64,000 nucleotides of DNA, taken from Veleropilina oligotropha (taxonomy: Eukaryota). The translations under genes and the position numbers were made by a program. Of this stretch, positions 15,038 to 29,903 are shown one piece after another. The notes below the pieces were generated by a model. It saw only the letters and a list, made by a program, of their open reading frames with translations. It had not been told where the DNA came from and ran no database searches. The DNA is taken from NCBI GenBank assembly GCA_048128005.1, contig JBEUKZ010000110.1, forward strand, positions 1 to 64,000. The letters are read 5' to 3'. Numbering within the stretch: the first letter of the stretch is position 1; each line of letters opens with the position of its first letter.

Positions 15038-15455
15038 TCTTAATATAATGGAGCTATAATTGTATGTGTGTGTGTGTGTCTGTTTCAAGTTGAACTCCTC
15101 CCAGACGCTTTGACCTAGGACCTTCAAACTTTGGGGGGTTAATCGGGGTCCCCCAAGGAAGGTTTACCACGAAAAAAAATCGGAAAATTCGGGAAAAAAA
15201 AAAAAAATTACTATAATGGACCTATAATTGTATGTGTGTGTGTCTGTTTCAAGTTGAACTCCTCCCAGACGCTTTGACCTACGACCTTCAAACTTTGGGG
15301 GGTTAATCGGGGTCCCCCAAGGAAGGTTTACCACGAAAAAAATTCGGAAAATTCGGGAAAAAAAAAAAACATTTAAGGGAGCACTATCCAAAAAAAAAAA
15401 AAAAAAAAAATGGGGTGGGGGGACTTGCCCGGCGAAGACGGGTACCATAAGCTAG
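15038..15455 (+). mobile_element. Non-autonomous Helitron
   Basis: A|TC start, (GT)n, subterminal hairpin CCCGGCGAAGACGGG, CTAG|T end; internal tandem duplication of about 170 bp. Confidence 0.75.
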
Positions 15456-16858
15456 TAATAATAATAATAATATTCGCGAAGAGTTCATTATCTTGCATTC
15501 TAACATATTTATTATTTATTATTATACTGTTTCTTTCAAATTCTGGCCGCACCGGTAATAATGTGGTCTCGAGTGCCGACTCTGAAATCACTGGGTAGAT
15601 TACGCTAACAGGGGTGGGTTCGAATCTCGACTGGGACATTCTTTGTTCAGTTATCATTCGCAGTTGTCCGTAACTGGCCGGAGAGGGCGGGTTTCCCCGG
15701 GCGACCGGCATTCCTCCTTCGACAAAATGGACATATCGTGCCTGCACATAAAGGTTGTAAATCTATAGGACAATAAGCATCAACCCAAATCCGATCTTTC
15801 AAATTCAATGGTACTCGCTAAAATGGTTTTGATTTTTAAATTATATCAACTGTGTGCCTGGACACCACTGAAACTCACACTTCGGAATTAAAATATGCTC
15901 TTCGATGATAACCTTTAATAATTTGATAACTCAAATTCCAAGCGTCATTAGATGAGTCATTGACCTTATGTTGTTGGTTTTCTGTAGCATAATATTGTAT
16001 ATTTCTGACATTCGGATCGATTGTTCACCAAAAACTTAATTTGTATGTTGGATTAGGGAAGATTATGGTCTAAAAGGACTGACCATTAAATTAAATCAAC
16101 TCATGTATATTGTGTTGGTTGTGTTTCTATACCATCAGACACGTGCACAATCCTGTTGACCCTGCCAAGAATTGTGCGAATGGAAACGAGCTTGGATTAT
16201 AAATAAAAAAAAAGGTATGCAAGTGAATTTTAATCTACGACCGACAGCTGGGCCGTTCAGGCCTCGTGGTCTGCCGAGATAAATGAATACCGGACCAAAA
16301 TCCTGACCAGATGCCAGACATTAAACACTCGAACCGACGTCATAACCCACATATATACGCTACATTGCGTCTATTATTTCGTACTTCAATTTAAAATTGA
16401 CCAACCCCGGGTGATCTTGACATCTTTGGTCAGTGCATTCACAACATGCTTCTTTTTAATATAAACATAATATCCATTTCACAGCGTGAAATGAACAGAG
16501 TCGATAATCGGATTAGGCAGAATGTTAAGAGTTTAGGTAGGATAAAGAGGTTTGTAAATAAAATACACAGCTTTAAACATTTCAGAGCGTAGATTGTGGT
16601 ATTGAGGCGAGGTAGTAACCCGGATACCGAGAAAGACCGGAGGTTATGTGGGCTGGACATTAATGGAACACTCCATTATTAACAGATATCGATAGATTCT
16701 TAGATAAATATTTTAATAATATATCCACTAAAACAAAATTGACGGCATATTTATCGCAATGAACAGTTGTCGCCAAGTTTCAACCTTTTGGCATACGCAA
16801 AGCTTTTAATGAGAAAGCTTGCCCAAATGATGTAATGTATAGTGGATCAAAAGGATCA

Positions 16859-17147
16859 GGCCCCGCTTGCATAAAGATACTTAAGTTGAGATTTTCCTCA
16901 AGTCAGATTTCATGACTTCACGTTCAAAATGGCTTGCATAAAACTTCTTACGCTAAGTATCTTAGGAAATATTGCATTATTTCCTTACATATTTCAGACT
17001 GCTAGGTAGCTTCCTGCCTCAAATATTTCAGGAAATAATGCATATATTTCCTATAAGAAGTTTTACGCAAGCCATTTAGAACGTGACGTCATGAAATCTC
17101 AGACTTGAGGAAAATCTCAACTTAAGTATCTTTATGCAAGCGGGGCC
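16859..17147. mobile_element. Palindromic MITE, PIF/Harbinger-like
   Basis: Long TIRs GGCCCCGCTTGCATAAAGATACTTAAGTTGAGATTTTCCTCAAGTC; TCA/TGA flanks. Confidence 0.75.
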
Positions 17148-17811
17148 TGAACTCCCTCTCTCCCCTTTTGAAACTCAGGAACTCATGTGTTTGATTTCAT
17201 TTGCTCTCGGAATGCAGGAGAGGTGAACTTTGCTAAGCTTGCCGATGATAATATGTCGTAAAGTTGAAGACGTGAAGTTCAGACATTGTCTTCAAACGCT
17301 ACGACCTATATGACGTAAAATGTGTTGGATCTTATTTTACATAACATCAAATATTGTATCGTGTATTAGCGTGTATTACTGACCCTCATGATATGTATAC
17401 AATAAAACGTAAATTGTGGGATTTAAAACTCAATACCACCCTTATTTTGTGCTCGCTCGGCAACACCTGGATCTAATTCGGTTCAACCAGTCGCGTTGGT
17501 TCATTTGCGAGGTTTGGTTGTCCAATTGGAGAAGCCTGCAGTTAAACAACGAGGTGCGTAACTGCTCTATCTTCTAGAATTAGACAACAATAACAGAGCG
17601 ATATAATTGACCAGGGCATAAAACTAATTTAGAATATTTCATTATAATAAACTAATAAACTCAGTATTAGTATATGAAAGCACTTCCCCACAATCTATCT
17701 AACAAAATGGTTAGTTCAACCACGCGTCGAGGCAATAATATTATAATGACGTCATAACAATAGTTTAAATAGTTGTTGTGCTACCTATGCTAAACGACAG
17801 AAGAACGATAA

Positions 17812-19451
17812 TTGTATCCCCCGAAACGAAAGTATCGGGGGATACTATGGTTTAGCGTTCGTTACGCCGCCGCCGCCGCGTCCGCGTCCGACGAGAGATT
17901 CCTCGTGATCGCACTAGGCAAGCCATTTCTTAACTGAATGTTTTCAAATTTGGTATGTGCATTGGTTGGGGCGAGGACACGACACCTATATAATTTGGGT
18001 GTGGTCATCTTGAATTTCATTAGAAAACTATTTTCTTTTATAAATTTGTTAATATTTAACCTAACGGGACAAGATTTTTATATTCAGATACCAGAGGTAA
18101 TTGTCATGGAAGTGGGTTTTTGATTTTCAAATTTAGCCGGCGGCCATATTGGATTTAAATTTTAATGGCTATATCTTGAAAATGATACAACGTAGACACA
18201 TGGTTACTATGGGGAGCCTATGGGAAGTCATGGTTGGGCTTTCAAATGCCACCATGACCTTTGATCTCAGATGACCTACATTGCTCTAAATGACCTAATT
18301 AAGGAAAAATGGATATATGTGTGCCGATAGTGACTCCTATTGACGTATGTAGTGGACATTTACCAATTATGCCAGATAAAATTGAAAAGCAGGAAGTGCC
18401 TCGACGGCCATTAAAGCATTTGTTTCAAGTGGCAATATATCAAAAAGGATGCACCGTGGACACATAGTTATTATGGGAAGCCTATGGGAAGTCATGGTTG
18501 ATCTTTCACATGCGACCTTGGCCTTTGACCTCAGTTGACCTACACGCAGGAAATGACTTAATTAAGGAAAAAGACATGTTTGCCAGAAAATGAACAGGAA
18601 ATGGCCAACTCGGTTAATATTGATGCTAGATCTTAGATATTTTAAATTGGGAAAATAAAAATAAAAATCGAAAAAAACGAACAAAATGGCCGCCACATTT
18701 TTCTTATAAAGGCCAGAACTCGAGACCGACGTAGTGTACAGACCTGAAATTTGCGGCATTCGATTCAGAGTGGCCATATGTATATATTAGTAAAATTTTA
18801 AGGAAATAATTTTTATGTCTGACCTCCAAGATGGCCACCATAATTGCTTGTGATCGCTCTAGTTTCTTAACGGAATGCTTTCAAATTTGGTATGTGCATT
18901 GGTTGGGGTGAGGACACTACACCTGTATATTTTGGGTGTGGTCCGACCTCCAAGATGACCGCCACGACCACCGTAATTGCTTGTGATCCCTCTAGACAGG
19001 TGCTGGTCTACTAAACGGGAGGTTACGGGTTCAAGCCCCGGGAATGCCGGGGATTTTCCCAATGATCGCTGCCTTCATTGCACACAGCACCACTCCATTT
19101 CATCATTAAAAGTTGATTGACATAATTTATAACTGAAATACTGTTGGCGTGGTCGTTAAACATCAATTCATCATCATCACATTGGGTATGTACATTGGTT
19201 TGGGTGAGGACACTACAGTTGCAGATCTCTGGTGTGGTGCGATCTCCAAGATGACCGCCATCGATAGATTCCTAATGATTGCTCTAGAGATGTCATTTCA
19301 AATTTGGTATGTGCATTGGTTTGGGTGTGGTCCGGCCTCCAAGATGGCCGCTGTGACCTCCATCTTCGATTTTAAAGCATAATTCCTTGTGATCGCTCTA
19401 GACAGGTCATTACCGGGGGCTATGCGGTCACTCGTGACTGAGCGTCTAGTT
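17812..19451 (+). mobile_element. Second HINE copy, composite interior, with SINE fragment
   Basis: Same 5' end with adjacent inverted repeat, same repeat unit, same 3' stem-loop. Confidence 0.7.
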
Positions 19452-20666
19452 ATAATTAGTAATACGCTCAAATCGAGCACCCGTATTTTTACAACATGTC
19501 TTAAATTACATATATAAACTTTGCCGTGACGTAATTCAGTATGTTCATTGCCAACGGTCTACGTACAAACAAAAATTTCCTAAGAATATAATTAATTATA
19601 TAACAACATTATTTCAAATAGTGCATGAATCTCCGTATTCGAAATGAATCAGGAAAACAGAAGCAACGTTTTCACCAACAAGATTTCAGTGAATAAAAGT
19701 TCAACGGTTGAACCTGAGAAATCTAGTAGGCTACCCTGTTTAAACGACATTAAATAAATTCACAGCGAGCGATCTCGATTAAATCCACCCAGTAGCATGA
19801 TTTAATTTGTCGCCATAATATCCCGACGGGGCGTTTCCGCGCCAATTATTTTCAGGAATGTCATCTCCAATTATCTGCCCATGAACACTGGGTACAACAT
19901 ACACGTCTCCATAACGCCTTATTTCGCTTATGCTTCAAATTTCACCTTTACACCCTACTTCGTAGAAGCATACATAATATTAGACGTATACATGTACCAA
20001 ATAGCACTCTTGTATATATATACGTAGACCTTGAATAACCACATTATGTATATATTTCGCATAACTTCTTCTCCCAGAAGAATGCTGCCTAACGATTACG
20101 AATCTGAATTTTGGCTCCCGATATTCGCCATCTGTCCGACTCGTAGACATCTATATTTAACGTATCCCGGAGCGGCGAGTTTCATACAGGTACGTTTATC
20201 TTGTGAGCTTGAAAATATCACACGAGACGAAGTCGGGTGTGATATTGTCATAGCGAACAGGATAAGCGTACGTATCAAACGAGAAACCGCAGGGTAACAT
20301 TTTTATTTTCATTTTATTTTTTAAAATATTTACTTTATATGCCTGTCAATGCTGAACAATGAATACACAATGAATAACGTCTTGTTAAATTGCACCTTAA
20401 TAACGGGTTATTCTAAGCGCAAAATAACCCGGATATTTGAAAAGCTGAGGAATAGTTTAGTCAGAATGTATATATTATAAATATAAGAAATACTTGAAAA
20501 CACGATTATCTCCCGCAGAAGCGAATGACGTCTAGCAGACGACGTAGTTTGATACGAGAACGTCGAGTTTGACATGAGTATTTGTTAAACTCTACATGAC
20601 GGCATTTTGACCAATCAAACGTCGCGGATTTCGCGAAATGAAAATAATTGTCTGTATCCTCTCCAG

Positions 20667-20817
20667 GTCTGAGTCCGCTGCACCAGGCGGTGCTGGACAA
20701 TAACTTCCCGGCAGTGCGGATGATCATTCAGCATGGTGCCAACGTAAATCTCCAGGACGAGGATTCTTGGACGCCCCTTCACGCCGCATGCGCAGAAGGA
20801 TTCGCAGACATAACCAG
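20667..20817 (+). CDS. PPP1R27: PPP1R27-like coding exon 2 (ankyrin repeats)
   Basis: Acceptor CTCCAG|GT. GLSPLHQAVLDNNFPAVRMIIQHGANVNLQDEDSWTPLHAACAEGFADIT(R). The frame requires the donor AG|GCTAGT (GC-AG intron). Confidence 0.85.
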
Positions 20818-20841
20818 GCTAGTACAATTCACAAACTTTAA

Positions 20842-22178
20842 ATATGCTGAATCCGAATCAGTCCCGTAAAATGGGATTTAACGTCATTTAATCTGACAAT
20901 TTCTGTATGTGTTCTTTGCATAAATGTATCATAGTTTAGCGATTATCATAAATAAAATTTACTATAGAGGGGATCTCACATGAGTGGTCATTTAATATCA
21001 CATTTATGAAACGAATTAACTAATTTTCATATTTTCCGATGTTTCATCGAGGAAAATATGAAAATTAGTTAACGAGTTTCATAAATGTGATATTAAATGA
21101 CCACGAATGTGAGATTCTCTTTATTATATATCTGAAAGTTATAAGGAAACAAGCTGTACAACGTTGCTTTTAATTTTGTTGACCCCTTCTAACATACCAC
21201 AATTATGCGGCGTAGTAATATTGCAGAAGGTGAAATTTGTAAATGTGACAGTGGCATTGGATGTGAAAAATAATCCCGTTTTTACCCACTCTATAAACTA
21301 TAAAGAGCAACAAATGCTGTTATGAAAAGAACATATGTCGCTTTATCAGTATTATACCAATCCAACAAGCTCTATTCAGAGACCGTGAAATGCGTGTCGC
21401 GCGTGACTAATGTATGTCGACGAAGGTACGTTTGCTTACATATAAAGCATCAGAACAATACAAAATGGTCGGCTTTGTATATGTTAACAATAATAAACAC
21501 GTTTCCAGAATAATTTGGTAAAAATGCAACGTTAATATGTTAATTTCCATCTGAAATAAGTTCGAATCGAAGCCAATATTGCGGTATAATGACTGAACTG
21601 TACATCAAACAGATTGCAAAGCATAAACTAAATTGCAAACATGGCCTAATGCGTTGTATTTTGTATGCTATGACTATTGGAAGTTAAACGATCTTACCTG
21701 GATGGCTGCACTTAATATTTCTACTAAATATTGGTCATTAGTTGCAGTATTTTCCCTTGACCGCGGCCATGGTTTTCTGATCGATTATATCGCATATCGT
21801 CGAAATCGCATGGTAGAAAATAGTCCGATACACTGTGAATGACCTTGTATGACTCGCTCTCTCATTGGATGTTATTCTGTTTCATTGATAAAATTGTCCA
21901 ATCAAAATTACAAGAAAGTGGATATTACACACTTAAAGTATGTAATATCGTTTTTAATAAACACTTTGGCCTTTTGAAAAATGACCCGGATATATGATAA
22001 ATAGTAATAGACGTTGTAAATATCGACATTTGCAACAATTATTAATATATCTATAATTTTATTAATAGGTATGATAATCTCTAAACCAACGTAACTTTAT
22101 GCAAAGATCACACACAGACAATGATAGATTAAATGGCGTAGAATCCCATTTTAAGGAACTGATTCGGGTTCAGCATCT
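20842..22178. mobile_element. TTAA-flanked MITE (Kolobok-like) hosting a hairpin-ended element
   Basis: About 110-bp degenerate TIRs; TTAA at 20838-20841 and 22179-22182. Confidence 0.65.
20965..22001 (-). mobile_element. Non-autonomous hairpin-ended element, family 1
   Basis: Hairpin 20965-21120, IR at 21120-21132 / 21989-22001; body alignable to 32481-33556 and 34583-35525. Confidence 0.8.
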
Positions 22179-23853
22179 TTAAATGTATTAAGGAGAAGAC
22201 AGGGTGACCTATTTTTAATAATTAATTATACAAGTAAAATTTTCAGTACCGTATTCATAATGCACACAATACTTGTCGACAAATTAACACATGGATTCCT
22301 GAATTCCGTATTATATAGGGGTCTGTATATAGTATAACAAACGTCACTCGCGCGAATTAAGATTCAAAGAAAAAGAACGTTATTATACAGACGAATTTAA
22401 TACTTTTCATAGATGTTACCATTATAGAAATTGTGCAGATATGCCCACTAGAAAATTTATTATAACATTATGTTAAGGATATTTCCTGCATGTGAGCAAA
22501 AACTATTGCAATTGGTACAACAAACCGGCAAGTACTGTTTCGTCTTTAAGTGAGATACATGTCTAGTATAATATGTTCCTTGACTAATTTTGAACAAGAC
22601 CGATGTATATATTTATTATTGTGTTTGTCAACGCATGTGCTCCAATAACAGAGCGACAATTTACTGCTATGACGCTGTTGGAACTAATTTGCTAAATTAG
22701 AATGTTGAAGCTGGTGTCAAATTAGTTATACAGCATAGATGAATTATTAATTAAATGAAGTGCATGATTCGGTAATTGGTACGTGCTTCTTGGGCGAAGT
22801 GTCAGTTGGTATAAGACTTTTTTTGTTGCATGAATGCTTATTTTCGCGCACCCGATTAGTCATGTGGCATTGACCATTTACATGCTGCAAGTGATATTAA
22901 CACATCAATGAATTTAATGCAAAATAGACTACAATATTAACTCCTAAAAATTAAGCGTGAAGTTAGATCACTAACAGGAGTCGGTTCAAATCTCGGTTGG
23001 GCATACCATTCTTTGTTCATTTGTCAATCGCTGTTGTCCGTAACTGGCCGGAGAGAGCGGATATCCTCGGGCGTCCGGGCTTTTTACCCGCGAAAACATA
23101 GACACGTCCTGCCTTGAATCTGAAGGTTGTAAATATACAGGATATTAAGCACCGATCCAATCTAATCCATGAGAGAATGTGTTTAATGACACCAACGATG
23201 ATGCAACTTTATCAAAGTACAATTATATCATTCTTATAAAATAAAACTGATTGCAATAATCACAAATCGAGCATTAAGTGCAGATGAAAGAACCATATAT
23301 GTACCCACGCATGCATATAAATATGTTTTCATGTAAAGGGCCCATTTGAGAGTTGTAGCTACGTTACACCAGATCTGATAGCGTCGCGTGTTCATTTGGT
23401 GTGGTGTAGTACATTGGTCAATATTGGCAATTGTATGCCACGACGATGATGTGCAAAAATCCGGGTCTCTACAGAGTTCTTACGAAAACAATTATCGTAC
23501 GATCTTTGACAAATATCCATGGGGTGCTTGGTTACTTGGCATGTATGACAGATAATACCATGATACACCCTCGCTTCCGCTCGTATAATTATGGCAGATA
23601 TCTTCGCAGGTGTCAGGGTATCATCTATTACGTATATCATGATTCCGGGTTCTTGAAAAGTTAACATATGCATCGAAATCTTATCACCGTAGACTTTTAT
23701 ATGTTTTCTAATAAACGTATATTATTTCCGTATGAATATCAAGAGACAATCGGCTGAACTTTATTCATGTGCATATTCATGACGATTCTTGGGATGTTTA
23801 ATAAACTATTCGTTGTGCTTTATTTATCTCATATCTTGTCGTCTATTTTGTAG

Positions 23854-24013
23854 GTATTTATTGAAAAAAGGTGCAGATAAAAGTATATTAACAGACGACG
23901 GCGAAAGACCGTTGGATTTTGTAGATCCCACGGACTTTACTATGGTGCGTGTTATGTTGAAACAGTCTGGAAAGGCAAAGATCGAGTCGGACTCGGATAA
24001 AGATTCCGACTAG
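23854..24013 (+). CDS. PPP1R27: PPP1R27-like coding exon 3 (terminal)
   Basis: Acceptor TTTTGTAG|G, phase 2. (R)YLLKKGADKSILTDDGERPLDFVDPTDF...SD-TAG completes the ankyrin repeat. Confidence 0.85.
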
Positions 24014-25035
24014 GGTATCGCTACAAGTCACAAACAGTTCCAAAGATTCCCAGACGGCCGAATAGGGCTTCGTGGCTACCCTTCAACGTGCGTGTACGAA
24101 TCAAGATGTCGTTATACGAAAACAAGCTTGAATTGTTACATGATTGCAAAACGATTTTTTGACCTATGAAGAGATAACGTTACGGGGTATTGTACATGCT
24201 ACGGAATTGCTATGGCTGCAAAAGACGTATTTTAATTGTCTGGAGATGTTTAGGTCTTGCATATCAACGTGTGTTATAACTTATTCGGGTGTCATCCGTT
24301 GTTATCAAACATCATATGCAACGATATGTCTCTATCGTTTGATTTTGTCTTAACTGATATACGTATTGCCAGAAAACGTTTGTAATAACGACCGTTGTAA
24401 CTGTATAGTGTTTCATAATATCCTTTACTGATCGCATCCATTTAATTTTGTAGAGGTTATCCAAATTTACCGGCATTGCTGTGTGATCAGCTTACACACT
24501 GCCGTTTGTAACATGTAAAGGCCAACTGTATAGTCTATTCAGTTACATCAATCTTCCGAGTTTTACGTCATCAAGTAAAAGGTCGATTTAGTTTCCAAGA
24601 GATCTAAATTCAGTCCTCACCGACAGCTCAATACAGAAAAAATCAATATGAAAGACAATTTAAAAACTTGTCTGGTGCCACACTCAATGCAAATGAGCAT
24701 AAATTTCACTATGTCATTTAATTATGGTGGTTATTTGGTGGCGAATATCATCATCATTCCTATAAATGTCCTGCCACGATAAGTTGAAGGTTGTAAATAT
24801 ACAGGATATTAAGAATCGATCCAATCCCAGTTAGCGTAAACCCATTATCCACCTACAGAATAATAATCATTTATTCAGGATATTATATGGATTAATAGTA
24901 TCTGTATTGCATTCGCGGAAGTGAAACAGATGTAATCGTCACTCTTTTACTGATGGATAAGTTCATCGGATACAACTGCAAATTAATTCATTGTAGCTAT
25001 ATATAACCTATCATTAGGGTATTTAAACAATTATA

Positions 25036-25193
25036 CGGCAGCGTTGAGCTGCCATATCAATTTATTTCTAAATTCGCAATTGCGAATTACTAAGTCGCAA
25101 TTGTGAATTAATAGGCCTATCTCGCAATTGTGAATTAGATAACTCGTAATGGCGATTTAAGAAATGAAATTATATGGCAGCTCAGCGCTGCCG
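25036..25193. mobile_element. TA-flanked MITE
   Basis: TIR CGGCAGCG(T/C)TGAGCTGCCATAT, TA on both sides, internal TCGCAATTG(C/T)GAATTA repeats. Confidence 0.7.
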
Positions 25194-27015
25194 TACAATT
25201 ACTTGTGACATTTTCATCCGTAATTAGGCATAGGTGCTAAATAGAGAAAATAAAACTTCGAGTTTTTAATCAAGATTGAATTGGTTATTTGTTTGATGGT
25301 ATTTATATTCATTTGTGTGTTTGATGGTATTTATATTCATTTGTGTGTTTGATGGTTTTTATATTCACCGGATGCGCATCGTAATTTCCGTCAATACACC
25401 GTCTATAATGACGTTATAGTACAGCAAGATAATCAGGAATACGGCGCGGACCAATCAGTCAAAAAGTAAGTCCACTTTTAAAAACCATTTTGTTAATGAC
25501 TTTCCAAGAAAACGTCGTAAATCAAACATCGATGACATATGTGGAACAATTTAAGTTTTGAAATTAGACTAATTTTATGGTCTCTTCGGGCTGTTTATAT
25601 CTTCAGCAACATTCGTTAATTAAATTTCCTTTGTTTTGAGGTTTATTTCCCCAATAATTATCCAGCGGTAAGTTCATATTCTCGTGAGAACGAAATCGGA
25701 ATTTCGAGCGGGATGCATCATCCTCGGTCGGTTATGTACTACCCGGACAACGTTTGTATCGTGCACCAAACACTACAATTACGTAATTGATAATACAAAG
25801 CCATATCGAACGATATCTGCCATAATGTATCGGGCGATAACGAGGGGCGTTATGTGGATATCGCCGAGAGGTGTCAGTGCATTATATGTCCCACATACCA
25901 TGAAACTATTATAAATTGCAAGCTGTAGTCCCTTAAAACATGGATTTGCCCATTATATCACACCCATACGTGGTGGTATGACACAGTGAACTTTGCCATT
26001 GAACGGAGTCTGGAACCTTGTAAAATCATTTGTTAAGATCAAATGCTGGGCCCGACCTGAGTTAATCTCATTGTTTGGGCAATTATCTGGAACAATGGAG
26101 TAAGTGACACTACGAGTTTTATTGTTAATATATTAAGCTCATGCTGTGTACTAGTGGAAACAGTCTTGCCTTCGGACATAATGATAAATCGTGCATTTCA
26201 ATGATATCAACACGTTATAACCTTATTATTGTCAACATGTATTTTAACGACATGAAGAAACACGAAAGACCACACAGAGCGGAGGCGATATAACGTCGCC
26301 AAAAGATGCAATGAGCAAATCGTCCCTGTCTAATTACAATATTAAACAAGCGCATCCGAGAGGCAGCATAGTTGAGCCATAATAAAGTCAGCGTGGACAT
26401 ACACCGTCCACCATACAGACAGACAGACAGACAGACAGCCTCAATACAATAGTTTCTCCGTAAACGGCTCAAATAAAAAGATGAATGGTACCGCTGTATA
26501 GAATATTAGACTTTGTTTGTCTTATAATTATTGCAAAGAGTATATTCAGAACCGATATACAAACTACACGCAATTCTGGTCGCTCCAGTTGTAGATTCTT
26601 TGGGTCAGCAATTGATTAGTTTTCAATCCATCTCTATTTTTGTAGACATCAGGTTTCAACTTTGGATGTATGCATACCACCGGCCCGAGACGACGCATCT
26701 ATCCGTCAAATAAATGCCAGGTTTCATCCAAGACACGCTCTGTAATGATTATTTATTAACATATATTTACGGTGTTTCGCGTAATGAACTTATTGGTTCG
26801 CCTAACTTTATAACAGCGCGGGAAGCCACTAATAGCGAACAGGCAGCAGTTGGTAGAAGTTATCCCAGCCGAGTTCGGGTTTCTGACATAGAATGTAGAG
26901 TTACTAATCCACTCTGAAACTAATCAAAACCGCTGAGACATCTGGTACATCTCAAGTCGGCGCAGAATCAACATCGTCTGACAATTTATTAACAATTCAG
27001 ATATGTATGCTTAGA

Positions 27016-27091
27016 TAAGCGATACGGTACTACCAGATTGTCGATCTATAAGCTAAGCGATACGGTACTACCAGATTGTCGATCTATAAGC
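27016..27091. repeat. Perfect 38-bp tandem duplication
   Basis: TAAGCGATACGGTACTACCAGATTGTCGATCTATAAGC twice. Confidence 0.9.
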
Positions 27092-29903
27092 TCTATAAGA
27101 ATTAATTAATCACCAGATGCCAATAGATGAACACCTACAATTAAATATATTTCTTAGTTGTGGTTGGTTATTAGATATGAATTTGGTGTTTATTATATCA
27201 ACGGCAAGCTCATGTCCATATATTGACATGGGAGGAAGGCCATGCATATTTAGGGATACCGGTACCCACTTTTCAATGACATATCAGAGGTGTCTTCAAT
27301 AGGGAGTCGTACCCCACGGTCGAAAGAGCCATGTTTAATGACTGCATGTATACAAAAGGTAACTTCTTGTCACGTTCTGGGTCGGTAGTGAACTTTGATG
27401 TTGTGATCGATACCGTTAATATTGTTGGTGAATATCTCTACGTTGTGTTCATCGATTATCCTGCATCGTCGAGCGCTGTCAGGCACAAACTTTCAATACG
27501 TGACCAGGGTCTGCAGTAGACGGACCGTAACGTGGTAATCGTTTCAGAAATAATGTTTCAAAGTAAGTAAATTTATATATTTACTATCCATGGTGGAAAC
27601 ACACGATACTTGTGACCAACTGAATATCAAGTTGAAATATTAATTGACAATACACACCATGAACTGGATATCTGAACAACAGCACTGGTAGTGTCCGACT
27701 CCATTGTTCCTGTTAACAACCCAAACAATGGGTTAGCTCGGTCAGTGACAAATTATTTAACAAGTTGCCAATGGAAGAGGCACAGGGGTTACAATAGATT
27801 TCATGGTGTGTGTGACAGATAATACACTGACACCCCTCATTTCATTTCATTATCAACATAAAGGTTCTCGCTTGATGCTTTATGTTAGACAACCTTCATC
27901 CTGGCAGTGTATTATCTATTACATAACATAGGTTATGCCACGAGATTTGATTGTATTATCGGAGAAACACCCAGTTAAATCATGAGCAGCGTTTTTGTCG
28001 ATCTAATCAACTCACATCTGGTGACACCATCGCGCCACTAATAAGAGACCTATGGACCGTGCAATCCGAAGTATCACCGGGACAGTCATCTATCGTAATA
28101 TCGTTCCAGAATTCGTTCATGTTCACCACTTGGCAAGATATTTCACTATGTCCTGAGATGTGATCTCAATATATCGCAATATGAAAATGGTCACGATACC
28201 CAACAATAATAGGTGATTTCGTGAAATTTACCAACCACGCCCAAAACAGAAAGCACTATTTCTGTAATTGTGGTCCAACATCAACAACAAAGTTGTTTGA
28301 CAAGCATGGTCATGTTATAAATTTTCATTTGTTGAAATAGGTCCTTCTTACGTTACTTAAAAACCTGGTAGCAATGCTACATACACAACACGCAAACAGA
28401 AACATATGAACACAATTTTATGAAATTGTATTTAACATTAAAATATAAACTACATATATATATATACTGTGAAAATATATATAAAGTGAAAATATGGATA
28501 AATTTATTTGTATATACACAACATAAAATTGTGAAAGCCATGTTGGTATAATAAAATTAATCAATATATAATAATTTTACAATATTACACTTGTGCGCAT
28601 TATGACGAAAATCACAATCTCATGGATATTGCCCACGTCATTCAAGATTTTGGCGGCAATGATGATTTGAAATATTCTGGAGTAGGCAACAAATTAATTC
28701 AATAATTTTTGCATGATCGATATTATTTATTCCAAAAAACGATAGAAAGTTTCAAAATTAATAAAGACAGGGAAAAATATAGTGTTCTACACAATAAATA
28801 ATTCAAAATGTAAACTATTGAAAATATGTAATGTAGACATATATACAATATTATAGTAACTAATCAATTAATAAGATTTGTCATAAATAAATAATGAGAA
28901 GTTAATGTAAGCTTTAAAACAAGAAGCCATAGTGAATGATTTCCCCAGGAAGACGGACAAAACTAGTTTTTATATCAGCCGGCAAGTTCATTGTTGTGGT
29001 GGACAATAAATGCCAGATTAGAATCAACAATAAAAATATTTTGCACACCAAAATAATCACCAAAACCATTTAATATAAATCAGTTATAAAAATAAATACA
29101 ACAATAATAGTTATAAATTTAATAATTAATAAAAGATGAATTTGTACCTTATATGAGAAATATATTGGATATATTATTATGAGAGTATGAACAGACTCAC
29201 TATAAAATCACTTGGGAGCGGGTATGATTTCAGATGTATGCAATTATTTGTCATAATTTTTGGGGAAATTCTGATTGTGTACTGCATGAAGAAATACACC
29301 AAATTGTGATTTTATTGGTTTATATTAAATAAAATATATTTGGCTTAATGTAACAATTCATATTCATCCATACATTTCGTTTTTGGTCCCTAATTTTCAT
29401 TAATCACAAAGTGAAAATAATTCAACAAATTTTTAGAACAGAAATAAGGCACAATTTAAATTGCCACACACATTTTAGCACAAATCATTTGGTGTTGTAT
29501 TAAATCACAAAATTAAATAGATGTTTGACATCACTCAGATAAGGCAAGCAATGGACAGAATCAGCAAAATGGATGACCAAGGGTACAACCAAATAACAAA
29601 GCGTAGCCTGAAAGTATATGACAGCAATTGATATAATACATGTATTAATATTTCTTTAGGAAATAATCAACAATCATTTTATTTTCAGTAAGCGAGTAAG
29701 TTTCAGAAACATCAATGTAGTTATAGATTGCAGATTAAAATATATCAAAATGTTTGGATACCAATGGAAAGAGTACCCGCAAATAGAATACATGATTATG
29801 CTTGAAGATTCATTGATACGATACGTTAATTGGCACATAAACAGAAGGAATCAACTGATGGCAAACAACATCCTCACAAGATATCATTAGTTCTTTACTC
29901 TAA

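Noticed and set aside
20822..20827. GTACAA as the exon 2 donor
   Set aside because: Phase 0; no matching phase-0 acceptor preserves the exon 3 frame.
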